Positions 9,558 through 19,219 are shown, counted from the first letter of the stretch. The stretch is 33,499 nt of DNA from a virus (IMGVR_UViG_3300020151_000735:1-33499); one strand, 5' to 3'. Translations and numbers: made by a program. The notes: generated by a model from the letters alone, not told the origin.

Positions 9558-12500
9558 ATGGCAGAGTTTAATCTAGGTAGAATTAGATTTGTATGGAAAG
9601 GTGCATGGGTACAAAGCACTTCTTACATTAAAGATGATGTAATCCGTTATGGCGGAAAAACGTACTTGTGCGTCATTGGCCACACCGCAGCAGCAGATTT
9701 CAACACAGATTTAGAAAATATTCCCACTAGATGGAATCAAATGTCCGACGGCCAAGAATGGAAGGGCGACTGGACTGCCAGCACATTTTATAAATTAAAT
9801 GATATAGTTAAGTACGGCGGCTATGTCTATATCTGTAAAGACTCACATACTTCTGCCACTTATATAGCTCCAACCTGGCTTGGGCTAGAAAACGATCTTG
9901 CATCCTGGGAGTTGTTTGCTGAAACCTTTGATTGGAAAACTGATTGGACTGTCAGCACTCGATACAGAATTAATGACATTGTAAAATATGGCGGGATTAG
10001 TTATGTATGTAATCAAGGCCATACATCCAATGCACTAGCATTAACCGGAGCAGGAACAAGTCCAGAAACTGCTACAGGTTTAGAAGCAGATCAATCAAAA
10101 TGGGATTTTTTACATAAAGGTATCGAATATCGCGCTACCTGGAGTGGCTCCACTGTTAGATATCGAATCAATGATGTTGTAAAATACGGAGCAGGCCTTT
10201 GGATTTGTACAACACCGCATACTTCAACAACAACCTTTGCAGAATCAAATTGGAGTCAATTTGTCGAAGGTTTAGAATTCAATGATACATGGAATGCGTC
10301 AGCAGTTTACCAGCCAGGCGACACAATTGCATACGGTGGATATGTCTATATAAGCAAAACTAATCATACTAATCAAGTTCCTACTAGTAATAGTGATGAT
10401 TGGGATTTATATATCACAGGATTTAAATTTAAAGGCGCATGGGGTGTACCTAACTTTTATAGAGTAGGAGATGTTGTAAGATATGGTGGTTATAGTTATG
10501 TTGTAACGGCGGATCACGAAGCTTCTACGCCAAACGCACCGCCTAATGCATCATATTGGGCACAACTTAATTCTGGATTTGAGTGGCGCAGTACCTGGGC
10601 AAATAGTATTGTATATAAATTAGGCGACTTGGCCAAATACGGACCTAACAGCTATATCTGTATTAATCCTCATACGTCTAGTGTACCAAGTAGACCAGAT
10701 AACGACACGTTAGGCACTTATTGGAATGTTTTCACAGCAGGATCAGAACTTTCTGTACTAACCACGCAAGGGGATTTAGTATATTTTGGAGGTGCTGGAC
10801 CAACAAGATTACCTATTGGTAAAGAAGGACAAGTGCTAAGAGTAAGTGCTACTGCTAGTCCAAGTTGGGGATATTGGGGGATTTTAAATCAAGTAATTTA
10901 TGTAGGTACATCAGGAACAGACAGTGCATGGCCATCGTATGGGTCAACCATTGATAGACCTTTTGCTACTATTCAATATGCAGCACAGCAAATTGAAAAA
11001 GGAATGTTATATCCTGATGCAAGTAATCTAATTGCTCGAAATAGACAGTTTATACAAAAAGAAGTTATTGCATGGATCGCAGCACAAATTGCAGGACCTA
11101 TCGCTCCATTCGTCGGTGGGTTCACTTACAACTCTGCTAAATGCGAAAGAGACATTGGCTTAATTATTGACGCATTAGTTTATGATTTAAGTCACGGCGG
11201 AAATACTAAAATAAGACAAGTAGCAATCAGTTATGGATCTGAAGCAGCAGCATTTTATTTACTAGGTCAAAAAGAAGAAACGATTGCTGCTATTAATTTT
11301 GCTCTAACATTAATGCAGGATATTATCACCGAAGATACTATCACTCCTTATCAAGGAACAGTAACACAATTAGTTGATACTACTAAAGAACCAGAGCTAG
11401 CATCATCTACTATAGTATCGAACTTAGTAACTGCATTAACTGTAGCAATAAATGCTGCTGATGACAGCTCTTCTGTATTTGCGGAACAAAGAGTAAACTA
11501 CACTATTTTTGTGAAAACAGGAACTTATAACGAAGTACTGCCAATTATAGTTCCTACTGACACCGCAGTAGTCGGAGATGAACTTCGATCTACTAGAATT
11601 GAACCAGCACCTAGTTTAGTTGCAATAGGAGATGTAGCAAAAAGCTTGGCTGCATTGACTCATTTAGCTTCAATTGTTGATAACGTGGTTCAAAATAATA
11701 CTTCATTTACTACGTATGGGACAGTAAGTCAAGTTACTAGTCGTCCAGCAGGGTCTCTAGCAGCCGCTACCGCTGCTGCTGCTTTGTTTACCGCAGCAAA
11801 AAATTATATAGATTATTATGTAAACAGTACCGGCACTGCTCCTTCATTCACAGGTACTAATTACTGGTCAACTAACGAAAATTATTATAATGCTGTAAAC
11901 GTTCTTGAAGAAAATAAAGAATTTTTAGCAGACGAGGCAGTGGGATATATCAATACCACTTATCCAGGATATGTTTATGATACCAATGCTTGCAAACGAG
12001 ATGTCAGAGAATATGTCGATGCAATCAAGTGGGATTTAATTTATAACTCAAATTATAAAACGCTAGTAGCAGCAAGATTATATGTAAATGCTGTTAACGG
12101 TTCACTTTTACAAGACATGTTCTATTTGAGAAATGGAACAGGATTAAGAAATTGTACAGTGGCTGGACTAACTGGAACACTAAGTGCTCCTAATATCTAC
12201 GGTACACGTAGACCAACTGCTGGTGCGTATACTAGCTTAGATCCAGGATGGGGTCCAGACGACGAACGTGTGTGGATTGCTACAAGAAGCCCATACGTTC
12301 AAAACGTAACAACATTCGGAACGGCATGTGTAGGATTAAAAGTTGATGGTGATTTGCACAATGGCGGAAATGATTCGATTGTAGCTAATGATTATACACA
12401 AGTTATCAGTGATGGTATCGGAGCATGGGTAACTAACTTAGGTCGTGCAGAACTCGTTAGTGTGTTCGGATATTATGGACATATCGGTTATCTAGCAGAA

Positions 12501-15290
12501 AATGGCGGTAAAATCCGTGCTACGAACGGTAATAGTTCTTATGGTAGTTACGGTTGTGTAGCTGAAGGTATCGATGGCACAGAAACTCCGATCACAGGAA
12601 AAATTGATAATAGATCAGTAGAAGCACTAGTCGATGCTGTACTAACTGACGGCTCAGATTCAATTTTAAGATTTGAATATGGAAATGCCGGTGTTAACTA
12701 TAATACTGCAACTTTTACTATTACTGGTGGTGGAACAAATGCGTCTGTAGTTCCTGAATTTAGAGATAATGCAGTATTCGATATAAGACTTAAAGATTTT
12801 GGTGACTCGAGTGGCACAGGAGGCAGCGGGTACCTTACAGCTTCTAACACTGCTCAAGGCGGAAATACTACTCAAATTACATTGTCTGCTACTGATATTG
12901 CAATTAGTGCTGCGTATGTAGGCATGAGAATTTTAATCACAGCAGGAACAGGTGTTGGACAATACGGTTATATTCAAGCTTATAACAGTGGTAGTAAAGT
13001 AGCCACAATTTATAAAGAATCAACCGGTACAGCCGGCTGGGATCATGCGATTTCAGGTACTACAATTATTAGTTCATTAGATGTTACTACAGCATATATT
13101 ATCGAACCAAGATTAACATTTACTAGTCCAGGATTTACTGGAACTTCAAGAACCTTGCCTGCTAATGGAGGTAGTTCTTGGAGACAAGTAGTCTATGGAG
13201 ATATAAATGCGACTTATACAAGTGTTGCTTCGACTGGTGGGTCTGGCGCAGGTGCGATATTTACAGTGGTCAAAACTGGAAACTATTATACCACAGTGAC
13301 CTGTACAACACCTGGTACAGGATATAAGATCGACGACACTATAACTATAGCAGGCGCCAATGTTGGCGGTGCCACTCCAGCAAATAATATCACAGTCAAA
13401 GTAACCAAGGTAACTGGCGGCGGCGTTATCACATTCGATACTTCTGGTGTAGCAGCAGGTGGAGTATTTGTAGCAGTAAGAGGAGACGGACAAACCGCAT
13501 ACTCACTAAACGGCACATCTTGGGCTTCAGGCGGCTCTATTGGTGCTGCTTCATGGGTAGGATACGGAGACGGACGATGGGTAGCAGTTGTTACTGGTAG
13601 TAACACTAGCTACTACAGTACCGACGGAGGAGTAACATGGGCAGCAGGCGGAAATTTACCTGCAAGCACTGGCTGGTTCCGTGTAAAATATGGCAACGGA
13701 AGATGGGTGGCTATAGCATCGCCTGGAACAGTGGCAGCATATAGTATTAATGGCGGTACTTCATGGCTTTCTATGTCAGGATTGCCAAGCGCCGCTTGGA
13801 CTGATATTGCTTACGGCGGCGGCATTTGGACAGCGGTAGCATTCGGCGGGACACAAGCAGCAAGTTCTACAAATGGAACATCATGGACATCAAGAACTCT
13901 GCCTGCTTCAGCATCGTGGCAACGAGTAGTATATGGAAATAATAAATTTGTGGCAATTGCCACAGGCAGCGGTGCTGGAGCATATAGTTTAAATGGAACT
14001 ACTTGGACAGCAATGACCATGCCTGTAAGCAGCGACTGGCTAGGTCTAGTCTACGGTCAAGGATTGTTCTTTGCTACATCTACGTCATCAACTTTTGATA
14101 TTGTTGCAACTTCAGAAAATGGAATAAATTGGACGCAACGAACATTAAGCGGATCTTCTGCAGGTTGGGGAGAAATAGAATTTGGTAATCCAAATAGAAG
14201 CGGAATTTTCGTAGCAACAAATACAACTACTTCTACTCAAGCTGCTAGTATTGTCACAGGTTGTACGACTTATGCTCGTGCTCTTGTAACCGATGAAAAA
14301 ATTACTTCAATTAGAATTATTGAACCAGGGTCTGGATACAGTTCTGCACCAGCAGTAACTATCATTGACCCAAACAACATTGTAGAAGCTGCTACAGAAG
14401 CAAGACAAGGCAGTGGAGTATTAGCTCAACCTAACTTTACAAATAGAGGCACTAATTACGATGTAGCTGAAGCAACTGTTATAGGTAACGGTAGTATTGA
14501 TGTTTATCAGACAGGCACATTTATTGCTATCAAAAACTTAACAGAAGTTCCAAGAGCCGGAGCCAATGTACAGTTTTCAGGAATAAATGATGTGTACTAT
14601 AAATTAGTTCAAGTGACTAACTTATTACCACAAGGAGATAGGTATACTGCTACAATACAAATAAGTCCTGGTTTTGAAGCAGCAGAAAGTCCTGACCATG
14701 AAACTGATGTTACTATTAGAATTCGTTACAGTCAAGTACGTTTAACTGGCCATGATTTCTTAGACATTGGAACTGGCAACTTCACAAATACAAATTACCC
14801 AGGATTGCCATTAATAGATCCAGATCCTAGTGTAGAAACTAATGAATTTGGTGGTGGTCGTGTTTTCTACACTAGCACTGACCAAGATGGTAACTTTAGA
14901 GTTGGTGATATTTTTAGTGTAGAACAAAGCACAGGTGTTGCTACGCTAAATGCAGAAGCATTTAGTCTAGCAGGATTACAGGAATTGAGTTTAGGATCTG
15001 TTGCGCTAGGAGGCAGCGGTGCAACGGTTACAGAATTCAGTACTGATCCGTTCTTTACTGCGGATTCGGATACTATTATTCCAACACAACGAGCAATTAA
15101 GGCATATATCAGTTCACAAATTGGTAGTGGGTCCAGTGCTCTTAACGTAAATAGCTTGACCGCAGGTATTGTGTATATTGTCGGAGACACTATTACTACA
15201 ACAACCGGTGCTCAAATTAACATAAATACAACGATGAATTTTAATGAGGGACTGGACGGTTATGCACTTGTGCATAATTTGTTCCGTTAA
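9558..15290 (+). CDS. Very large virion structural protein; paralogue of 5788..9492 with two inserted helical CxRD domains and a BNR/Asp-box beta-propeller
   Basis: 1910 aa. Same MAEF start, 7 CBM-like repeats, RSPYVQNVTTFGT and RLTGHDFLDIG, plus KCERDIG and ACKRDV inserts and six S.(N/D)G..W repeats. Confidence 0.82.
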   Translation: MAEFNLGRIRFVWKGAWVQSTSYIKDDVIRYGGKTYLCVIGHTAAADFNTDLENIPTRWNQMSDGQEWKGDWTASTFYKLNDIVKYGGYVYICKDSHTSATYIAPTWLGLENDLASWELFAETFDWKTDWTVSTRYRINDIVKYGGISYVCNQGHTSNALALTGAGTSPETATGLEADQSKWDFLHKGIEYRATWSGSTVRYRINDVVKYGAGLWICTTPHTSTTTFAESNWSQFVEGLEFNDTWNASAVYQPGDTIAYGGYVYISKTNHTNQVPTSNSDDWDLYITGFKFKGAWGVPNFYRVGDVVRYGGYSYVVTADHEASTPNAPPNASYWAQLNSGFEWRSTWANSIVYKLGDLAKYGPNSYICINPHTSSVPSRPDNDTLGTYWNVFTAGSELSVLTTQGDLVYFGGAGPTRLPIGKEGQVLRVSATASPSWGYWGILNQVIYVGTSGTDSAWPSYGSTIDRPFATIQYAAQQIEKGMLYPDASNLIARNRQFIQKEVIAWIAAQIAGPIAPFVGGFTYNSAKCERDIGLIIDALVYDLSHGGNTKIRQVAISYGSEAAAFYLLGQKEETIAAINFALTLMQDIITEDTITPYQGTVTQLVDTTKEPELASSTIVSNLVTALTVAINAADDSSSVFAEQRVNYTIFVKTGTYNEVLPIIVPTDTAVVGDELRSTRIEPAPSLVAIGDVAKSLAALTHLASIVDNVVQNNTSFTTYGTVSQVTSRPAGSLAAATAAAALFTAAKNYIDYYVNSTGTAPSFTGTNYWSTNENYYNAVNVLEENKEFLADEAVGYINTTYPGYVYDTNACKRDVREYVDAIKWDLIYNSNYKTLVAARLYVNAVNGSLLQDMFYLRNGTGLRNCTVAGLTGTLSAPNIYGTRRPTAGAYTSLDPGWGPDDERVWIATRSPYVQNVTTFGTACVGLKVDGDLHNGGNDSIVANDYTQVISDGIGAWVTNLGRAELVSVFGYYGHIGYLAENGGKIRATNGNSSYGSYGCVAEGIDGTETPITGKIDNRSVEALVDAVLTDGSDSILRFEYGNAGVNYNTATFTITGGGTNASVVPEFRDNAVFDIRLKDFGDSSGTGGSGYLTASNTAQGGNTTQITLSATDIAISAAYVGMRILITAGTGVGQYGYIQAYNSGSKVATIYKESTGTAGWDHAISGTTIISSLDVTTAYIIEPRLTFTSPGFTGTSRTLPANGGSSWRQVVYGDINATYTSVASTGGSGAGAIFTVVKTGNYYTTVTCTTPGTGYKIDDTITIAGANVGGATPANNITVKVTKVTGGGVITFDTSGVAAGGVFVAVRGDGQTAYSLNGTSWASGGSIGAASWVGYGDGRWVAVVTGSNTSYYSTDGGVTWAAGGNLPASTGWFRVKYGNGRWVAIASPGTVAAYSINGGTSWLSMSGLPSAAWTDIAYGGGIWTAVAFGGTQAASSTNGTSWTSRTLPASASWQRVVYGNNKFVAIATGSGAGAYSLNGTTWTAMTMPVSSDWLGLVYGQGLFFATSTSSTFDIVATSENGINWTQRTLSGSSAGWGEIEFGNPNRSGIFVATNTTTSTQAASIVTGCTTYARALVTDEKITSIRIIEPGSGYSSAPAVTIIDPNNIVEAATEARQGSGVLAQPNFTNRGTNYDVAEATVIGNGSIDVYQTGTFIAIKNLTEVPRAGANVQFSGINDVYYKLVQVTNLLPQGDRYTATIQISPGFEAAESPDHETDVTIRIRYSQVRLTGHDFLDIGTGNFTNTNYPGLPLIDPDPSVETNEFGGGRVFYTSTDQDGNFRVGDIFSVEQSTGVATLNAEAFSLAGLQELSLGSVALGGSGATVTEFSTDPFFTADSDTIIPTQRAIKAYISSQIGSGSSALNVNSLTAGIVYIVGDTITTTTGAQININTTMNFNEGLDGYALVHNLFR
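9594..10730 (+). repeat. Seven CBM5/12-like aromatic repeats
   Basis: For example WKGDWTASTFYKLNDIVKYGGYVYICKDSHTS. Same count and order as in the upstream paralogue. Confidence 0.75.
13170..14220 (+). repeat. BNR/Asp-box-like beta-propeller repeats
   Basis: AYSLNGTSW, YYSTDGGVTW, AYSINGGTSW, ASSTNGTSW, AYSLNGTTW and ATSENGINW, alternating with W..V.YG.G.(W/F)VA at about 40-aa spacing. Boundaries are approximate. Confidence 0.8.
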
Positions 15291-15304
15291 TAAGGAAAAA
15301 GTAA

Positions 15305-15625
15305 ATGGCATCAGGAAGATTAGGCGCTAATGACCTTTTAGCTGCAACGTTAACAACAGTTTATACTGTGCCGGCTGGATATTTTTCAGTTATCACCATT
15401 TCTGTTTGTAATAGAAGCAATCAAGCGACCAATATTAGAATAGGTCTGTCTGCAACTAGTACACCGACAACAGCTGAATATATCGAATACGATACAGAAC
15501 TACCAGCTAAGGGTGTATTAGAACGAACAGGAATCGTAGTGGAAGCTACAAGAAATGTAGTAGTTTGGGCATCGGGTCCTAATATTAGTGCTGTAGTATA
15601 CGGCGTAGAAACTGCAACAACATAA
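15305..15625 (+). CDS. Small beta-rich phage structural/partner protein
   Basis: 106 aa, TAAGGA RBS. TTVYTVP...SVCNR...YIEYD..LPAKGVLERTGIV resembles 5059..5388. Confidence 0.78.
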   Translation: MASGRLGANDLLAATLTTVYTVPAGYFSVITISVCNRSNQATNIRIGLSATSTPTTAEYIEYDTELPAKGVLERTGIVVEATRNVVVWASGPNISAVVYGVETATT

Positions 15626-15628
15626 ATA
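15622..15628 (+). promoter_or_regulatory. Putative late promoter core (ATAAATA)
   Basis: Overlaps the stop codon at 15623-15625, just upstream of the 110-aa gene and the Cys-rich cluster. Confidence 0.5.
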
Positions 15629-15647
15629 TACGAAGTAGGGGAAATCA

Positions 15648-15980
15648 ATGGGAAGATATATTACAACAACTGGAACAGCAGCAGCGACATTTCGTGAAAT
15701 TTCGACAACTTATTCTGCTCAAGTTAACGATAGAATTTTAGCAAATACAGCAAGCGCCGCATTTACAATCACATTACCATCAAGTGGTTCTTTACTGGTT
15801 AATGATACAATTCAAATTATCGATATTGGTGCTACTGCGGCTACAAATAATATCACTGTAGGCCGTAACGGCGCAAAAATTCAAAATGTGTCAGACGATT
15901 TAACTATAGATACCAACGGTGCTATTGTAACATTAATTTACAGTGGCGCTACATATGGTTGGATTGTTGCATCTGCTTAA
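15648..15980 (+). CDS. Small tail-fibre-type domain protein (T4 gp34 N-terminal repeat-like)
   Basis: 110 aa, AGGGG RBS. ANTASAAFTITLP...DTIQIID...NNITVGRNG.KI...DL.ID......LIY....GW is a module typical of T4-like proximal fibre proteins. Confidence 0.65.
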   Translation: MGRYITTTGTAAATFREISTTYSAQVNDRILANTASAAFTITLPSSGSLLVNDTIQIIDIGATAATNNITVGRNGAKIQNVSDDLTIDTNGAIVTLIYSGATYGWIVASA

Positions 15981-15996
15981 TAATTAGGAAATTCGA

Positions 15997-17214
15997 ATGC
16001 CATCATCACTTAAATCGCTGATAGGAACCAAATCGGAAAATTTGAATCCCGGCGAATTTCACTTGGAGAAAGGAAATATTTGGACGTTTCAACCCAATAC
16101 TAATCCCACTCCAGGTTGTTTCTGTTGGTGTCCACCGGCAGGCACCGCAGGAATAATAGTCATTGACGTGTGGGGTGCTGGCGGAAGCGGCGCCCGTATG
16201 TGTTGCTGTGGATTTGGCTTGCCAGGTAACGCAGGTGCTTATGTAAGAAAAACTTTCTGTATTAGCGCAAAGCAAACTTGTTGTACTTTTGTTTGCGGCG
16301 TAACACATGGTGCTTGCCGTAGCAGTGATCTTTGTTTTAGAGGTTGCTCTGGCCCAGGTCAAGTTTGTTACTCAGTGGGCAATTGCGGAGCACAAAATTT
16401 AAACACATTCCCAGATGCTAGTGATACTGTATCATTTGGAGCAGGTGGAGCAGGCAATGCCTGTGGCGGCTGTGATTTTAAATATCAATGTCATAGACAG
16501 TTTGATGGCTGTTTGTGTGCCATGGGCGGCAAAGGCGGCGTTAGCATGTGTAGCACAAGTGAAAGTGCGTGGTGTTGCTTTACTTGTCAATGGTTCTGCG
16601 GAACAAAACTCCTCAATGAAAACTGTGGTCTAATCTGCAACGTACAAAATTCAAATTGTGTATGTATGTGCGGCTGTTATGCAAGAAATCAGCCAGAATG
16701 CTGTTATGCCAACTGTTGGGGCGCTGCTTGTTGTATTGCCTGCTCCTGCGGAGGCCATGCCAATACAGGTGGAACTCATTATGTTGCTAGAGCATTCGGT
16801 GGTGATATCAACTGCTGCGGTCATTTTAGCTGTGTGTCATTTATGCAATGTAACCCAAATGGTGCTTGTTGCCAAACATCTTATATCCCAGGACCAGCAG
16901 GTATGTTTGCCCGTGATGGTACAGTGTTAGCCGTATCACACGAATACAACAACGAATTTAGTAACTATAGCGGTCAAGGACGACATCAACATAACTTTAT
17001 GGTCAGTGCTGTAAGCCGTAATCCAAGTCAAGGTATACCTTGGGCATATTGCTGGGGCGCTGGTGTAGGCTGCGGCTGTTATGAAGACTCAGGATGTTAT
17101 GCTTACGTGCCGCCAGGCCACCCAGGACACAATGCTGTGTTCGAAGCTGGCGTAAGAGATCAGGGCGGTAGAGGCGGCAATGCCGCAGTCAGAATTAAGT
17201 TTATAGCGAGTTAA
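15997..17214 (+). CDS. Cys/Gly-rich protein A (glycine-rich adhesin/fibre-tip-like scaffold)
   Basis: 405 aa, about 48 Cys by manual count. DVWGAGGSGARMCCCG.GLPGNAGAY...RGGNAAVRIKF. Confidence 0.8.
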   Translation: MPSSLKSLIGTKSENLNPGEFHLEKGNIWTFQPNTNPTPGCFCWCPPAGTAGIIVIDVWGAGGSGARMCCCGFGLPGNAGAYVRKTFCISAKQTCCTFVCGVTHGACRSSDLCFRGCSGPGQVCYSVGNCGAQNLNTFPDASDTVSFGAGGAGNACGGCDFKYQCHRQFDGCLCAMGGKGGVSMCSTSESAWCCFTCQWFCGTKLLNENCGLICNVQNSNCVCMCGCYARNQPECCYANCWGAACCIACSCGGHANTGGTHYVARAFGGDINCCGHFSCVSFMQCNPNGACCQTSYIPGPAGMFARDGTVLAVSHEYNNEFSNYSGQGRHQHNFMVSAVSRNPSQGIPWAYCWGAGVGCGCYEDSGCYAYVPPGHPGHNAVFEAGVRDQGGRGGNAAVRIKFIAS

Positions 17215-17217
17215 TGA

Positions 17218-18213
17218 ATGCCAACGTCATTTACATCATTAGTTAGAGACAGATTAACCACATCATTCTATGATGAGGAAAACCTTGAAAAAGGTAGAAT
17301 CTGGATGTTCTCTGAACCTAATGTCAGAACAAAACAATACTGCTGCATGTGCTGGCAAGCACCTTGCTGTGGTTGTGTAGTATTAGAAGTATGGGGTGCT
17401 GGAGGTAGCGGTGCCCGTATGTGCTGCTGCGGAGGCGGACTTCCAGGAAACGCAGGTGCGTATTCGCGTAAGTGTTTCTGTGTACAAAGAGGCTGCTCGG
17501 TTACAGGCTGTATAGGATTTGCCTGCGGCAACGCAGATGCCTTATGCTTTAGAGGCTGCTCGGAACCTACCGCAGTTTGCTGGTTTGGCAGTGGCACTAA
17601 TGGCTGTATCTGTGCTCAAGGTGGCCGAGGCGGTGCAAGTATTTGTTCAACTGGTACAAGTGTTTTCTGTTGCTTTTTCTTTTTTGGATATTGTGGTACA
17701 CTAATTAATAGTAACTGCGGTGTTGTTTGCAACTACGGAGCAGGTGCTAATGGTGTTACTATTGCCAGCTGTTGCGCACAATCCTATGGTGGCGATGTAA
17801 ACTGCTTTGGCGGATTTAGTTGTGCTGGATTTTATGGTTGTGTACCTAACTGTGTTTGTAGTTACGTTTATTTTATTAAAACTCCAGCTGGTTACTTTGC
17901 TGATAACGGAACAACTTTACAAATTGGTACAGAAAACGATAATGAATTTAGTAACTGGTCCGGACAAGGGCACATGCAGTATATTCATGCTATTAACGCG
18001 GCAGGACGTAATCCAGCACAGGGCATTCCTACAGAAAGCAAATGCTGGACTGGTGGACGTAGTTGCGGATGCTATGAATCACAAGGCTGTATTTCTTGGT
18101 ATCCACCAGGATTCCCAGGAATGGCGCCAAGTCCTTGCGTGAACGTTAGGGATAATGCAACACGTGGAGGCCCAGGTGCTATCAGAATTAAGTTTATTGC
18201 GAGTCAAGCATAA
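17218..18213 (+). CDS. Cys/Gly-rich protein B (paralogue)
   Basis: 331 aa, about 37 Cys. EVWGAGGSGARMCCCGGGLPGNAGAYSRKCFC...RGGPGAIRIKF. Confidence 0.8.
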   Translation: MPTSFTSLVRDRLTTSFYDEENLEKGRIWMFSEPNVRTKQYCCMCWQAPCCGCVVLEVWGAGGSGARMCCCGGGLPGNAGAYSRKCFCVQRGCSVTGCIGFACGNADALCFRGCSEPTAVCWFGSGTNGCICAQGGRGGASICSTGTSVFCCFFFFGYCGTLINSNCGVVCNYGAGANGVTIASCCAQSYGGDVNCFGGFSCAGFYGCVPNCVCSYVYFIKTPAGYFADNGTTLQIGTENDNEFSNWSGQGHMQYIHAINAAGRNPAQGIPTESKCWTGGRSCGCYESQGCISWYPPGFPGMAPSPCVNVRDNATRGGPGAIRIKFIASQA

Positions 18214-19205
18214 TGCCAACTAATTTAACATCATTAATTAAACAAAAGTCTATTGCCGATTGGGAGGGTGACAGATCCGAAACGAACCTTGAAAAAGGAC
18301 AAATTTTTGTTTTTAGCCCAGGTAATGTTAGAACAAATTTCTGCGGCGGATTCTGCTGGCGTGCTCCAGGTACTGGTTGTGTAGTAATGGAAGTATATGG
18401 AGCTGGTGGAAGCAGTAGTCGTATGTGTTGCTGCGGTTGGGGCTTACCTGGAAACGCAGGTGCTTATTCACGTAAATGTTTTTGTGTAACTTCTGGTTGT
18501 TATGTTACAGGTGTAATTGGGTTTAGTTGCGGCAATGCTGACACACTGGGTTTTCGAGGTTGCTCCGAATCAACCTGCGTATGTTGGTTTGGTAATGGCA
18601 CTAATGGCTGTATCTGTGCTCAAGGTGGCCGCGCTGGCTGTAGTGTTTGTGCTACAGACGGTAACTGTGGTGGCTATTGCTGTTACAGAGCCTTAGGCTA
18701 TTGTGGTACTAACAATGGACTAGGCCAAGGTGCAGGCACTATTTGTAATATTGGAGCTACTCAAACGTTTGTGGCTACAGCAACGGGAGGCGATCTTAAC
18801 CTATGCGGTGGAATTAGCTGCATAACAATCAACTGTCAGTGTCCTACAGCAAGTGGACGTTGCTGTTTTATGGTGCATGTTCCTGGGCCAGCGGGCGTGT
18901 GGAGCTGTTGTAATACTCCATATGTTAGCTATACATTTAGCGATGATGCTACAGAAGCACCAATTCCAGGACAAGGCCTACACGGATTGATCATAGGACT
19001 AAGTACTAGCCGTAATGGCACTAAAGGATCCCCGCATCCTTATAACTGGCGTTCAGATCGTATTTGCGGGTGTTATGAAGCAATGGGATGCAGTCCTTAT
19101 ATTCCAATAGGGTGGGGCGGACCAGGACTTGCTTTCTGCGGCGATGTCAGAGACGTTGGTGTTAGAGGTGGACAAGGTGCTGTTAAAATTAAATTCTTTA
19201 GTTAA
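18213..19205 (+). CDS. Cys/Gly-rich protein C (paralogue)
   Basis: 330 aa, about 34 Cys. TAATG stop/start overlap with B. EVYGAGGSSSRMCCCGWGLPGNAGAYSRKCFC...RGGQGAVKIKF. Confidence 0.8.
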   Translation: MPTNLTSLIKQKSIADWEGDRSETNLEKGQIFVFSPGNVRTNFCGGFCWRAPGTGCVVMEVYGAGGSSSRMCCCGWGLPGNAGAYSRKCFCVTSGCYVTGVIGFSCGNADTLGFRGCSESTCVCWFGNGTNGCICAQGGRAGCSVCATDGNCGGYCCYRALGYCGTNNGLGQGAGTICNIGATQTFVATATGGDLNLCGGISCITINCQCPTASGRCCFMVHVPGPAGVWSCCNTPYVSYTFSDDATEAPIPGQGLHGLIIGLSTSRNGTKGSPHPYNWRSDRICGCYEAMGCSPYIPIGWGGPGLAFCGDVRDVGVRGGQGAVKIKFFS

Positions 19206-19219
19206 AAATAGGAGTATAC

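Noticed and set aside
15222-15228. Intragenic ATAAATA as a late promoter for 15305
   Set aside because: It lies in coding sequence and such matches arise by chance at this AT content. Possible but unsupported.
16415-18142. Alternative-frame + strand ORFs within the Cys-rich genes
   Set aside because: Val/Ala/Met-rich by-products of repeated TGT/TGC/GGT codons, with no evidence of independent translation or frameshifting.
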